From contig NZ_NVQC01000030.1 in NCBI RefSeq assembly GCF_003044035.1, positions 30,001 to 62,000 of the forward strand: a stretch of DNA of 32,000 nucleotides. Reading direction: 5' to 3'. Numbering within the stretch: position 1 is the stretch's first letter; each line of letters starts with the position of its first letter. The position numbers were made by a program, and so were the translations under genes. Of this stretch, positions 31,106-32,000 are shown one piece after another. The notes under the pieces are model-generated. The model saw only the letters and a program-made list of their open reading frames with translations. It searched no databases and was not told where the DNA came from. Origin of the DNA: Candidatus Methylomirabilis limnetica. Lineage in GTDB: Bacteria > Methylomirabilota > Methylomirabilia > Methylomirabilales > Methylomirabilaceae.

Positions 31106-32000
31106 ATGGACATCAGTCTGACCCCAGACCACGAGGCCGTCCGCGACGCCACGCGCGAGTTCTGCCGCCACGAGATCCTGCCGCATCTGCGCGACTGGGA
31201 GCGAGCCGAGCAGATCCCAGCCGACATCGTGCCCAAGATGGCGGCCCAGGGCCTGCTGGGTCTCTGCATTCCCCGTCGCTACGGTGGGCTGGGCCTGGAC
31301 TACCTGAGCCTTGGGATCGTCTGCGAAGAGCTGGAGCGCGCTGATACCGCGTTTCGCGTCCTGATCGCTGTGCATCTTGCCCTCAATTCGCTAGCGCTGC
31401 TGCAGTGGGGAAGCGAAGAACAGAAACAACGATACCTCATCCCGCAGACCAGTGGCGAGAAGTTGGCGGCCTTTGCCTTGACCGAGCCGGACGCCGGAAG
31501 CGATGTCGCGGGCATCCGCGCGACCGCCCGGCGCGACGGTAAGCACTATATCCTCAACGGCGAGAAGACCTGGATCAGCCTGGCCGATGTCGCCGACCAT
31601 TTTCTGGTCTTTGCCTACACCGACCGTGGAGCGGGCCATCGGGGTATCTCCGCGTTCATCGTCGAGCGCGGCTTTGCAGGCGTGAGCAGTTCCAGCCTCC
31701 ACCACAAGCTGGGCGGGCGTATCGGCAACACCGGCAGCATCGCTTTGCAAGAGGTACGCGTGCCCGCTGATAACCGCGTCGGCGCGGAAGGCGAAGGGCT
31801 CACGATCGCCCTGAGCGCGCTGGACAATGGCCGCTATGCGGTTGCTGCCGGCGCGGTCGGTTTGATGGAGGCCTGTCTTGAGGCCAGCGTCTCTTACGCC
31901 GAGCAGCGGCAGAGCTTCGGACAACCTATCGGGAAGCACCAGCTCATTCAGCAAAAGATCGCCCGCATGGTCGCTGGGCGCGACATCGGACGATTGTTGT
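31106..32000 (+). CDS. Acyl-CoA dehydrogenase, N-terminal ~298 codons; continues past window end
   Basis: Absent from the ORF track because there is no stop in the window. My translation from the ATG at 31106 (SD GGAAGGGA) is MDISLTPDHEAVRDATREFCRHEILPHLRDWERAEQIP...FALTEPDAGSDVAGI...LNGEKTWISLA... Confidence 0.85.
   Translation, partial: MDISLTPDHEAVRDATREFCRHEILPHLRDWERAEQIPADIVPKMAAQGLLGLCIPRRYGGLGLDYLSLGIVCEELERADTAFRVLIAVHLALNSLALLQWGSEEQKQRYLIPQTSGEKLAAFALTEPDAGSDVAGIRATARRDGKHYILNGEKTWISLADVADHFLVFAYTDRGAGHRGISAFIVERGFAGVSSSSLHHKLGGRIGNTGSIALQEVRVPADNRVGAEGEGLTIALSALDNGRYAVAAGAVGLMEACLEASVSYAEQRQSFGQPIGKHQLIQQKIARMVAGRDIGRLL

Overview
GC-rich bacterial chromosomal segment. Almost everything up to about 19.9 kb is transcribed on the minus strand. 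The core is a type IVa pilus locus. In transcription direction the order is glnD, aroE, pilB, pilT, pilC, pilS, pilR, pilA, four minor-pilin genes (GspH/FimT-like, PilV-like, PilW-like, large PilX-like) and pilD. These are followed by a membrane GT2 synthase-type glycosyltransferase and a GT4 glycosyltransferase cut by the window start. The right third holds unrelated genes: a small HemJ/CopD-like membrane protein, an alpha/beta hydrolase, a NIT-like sensor histidine kinase, a J-domain protein, a CbiX-Zn-ribbon-NUDIX fusion, pgeF/yfiH, kdsB, an IsdG/ABM-type monooxygenase, an adenine/adenosine deaminase, an EgtB-type (DinB + FGE-sulfatase) enzyme, and the 5' part of an acyl-CoA dehydrogenase that runs off the window end. 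I found no rRNA, tRNA, CRISPR array, transposase, integrase, phage gene or recognisable defence gene. I cannot honestly point to a novel multi-gene protein system. The unusual part is the non-coding fraction. Nearly every intergenic gap is filled by structured repeats from at least six families. These include a polar MITE-like element with ~35-nt heptamer-periodic termini (five copies) and site-specific heptamer-tandem palindromes. Repeat sequence also enters coding regions: it supplies the last codons and stop of pilR and kdsB, overlaps the stops of pilS and the CbiX-NUDIX gene, lies against several start codons where it provides Shine-Dalgarno-like sequence, and forms an in-frame 78-nt insertion in the ATPase domain of the histidine kinase. 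The aroE-pilBTC-pilSR-pilA order resembles Geobacter and Myxococcus, and the repeat types are common in deltaproteobacterial, Nitrospirae and NC10-like genomes, but I cannot assign a taxon from sequence alone.
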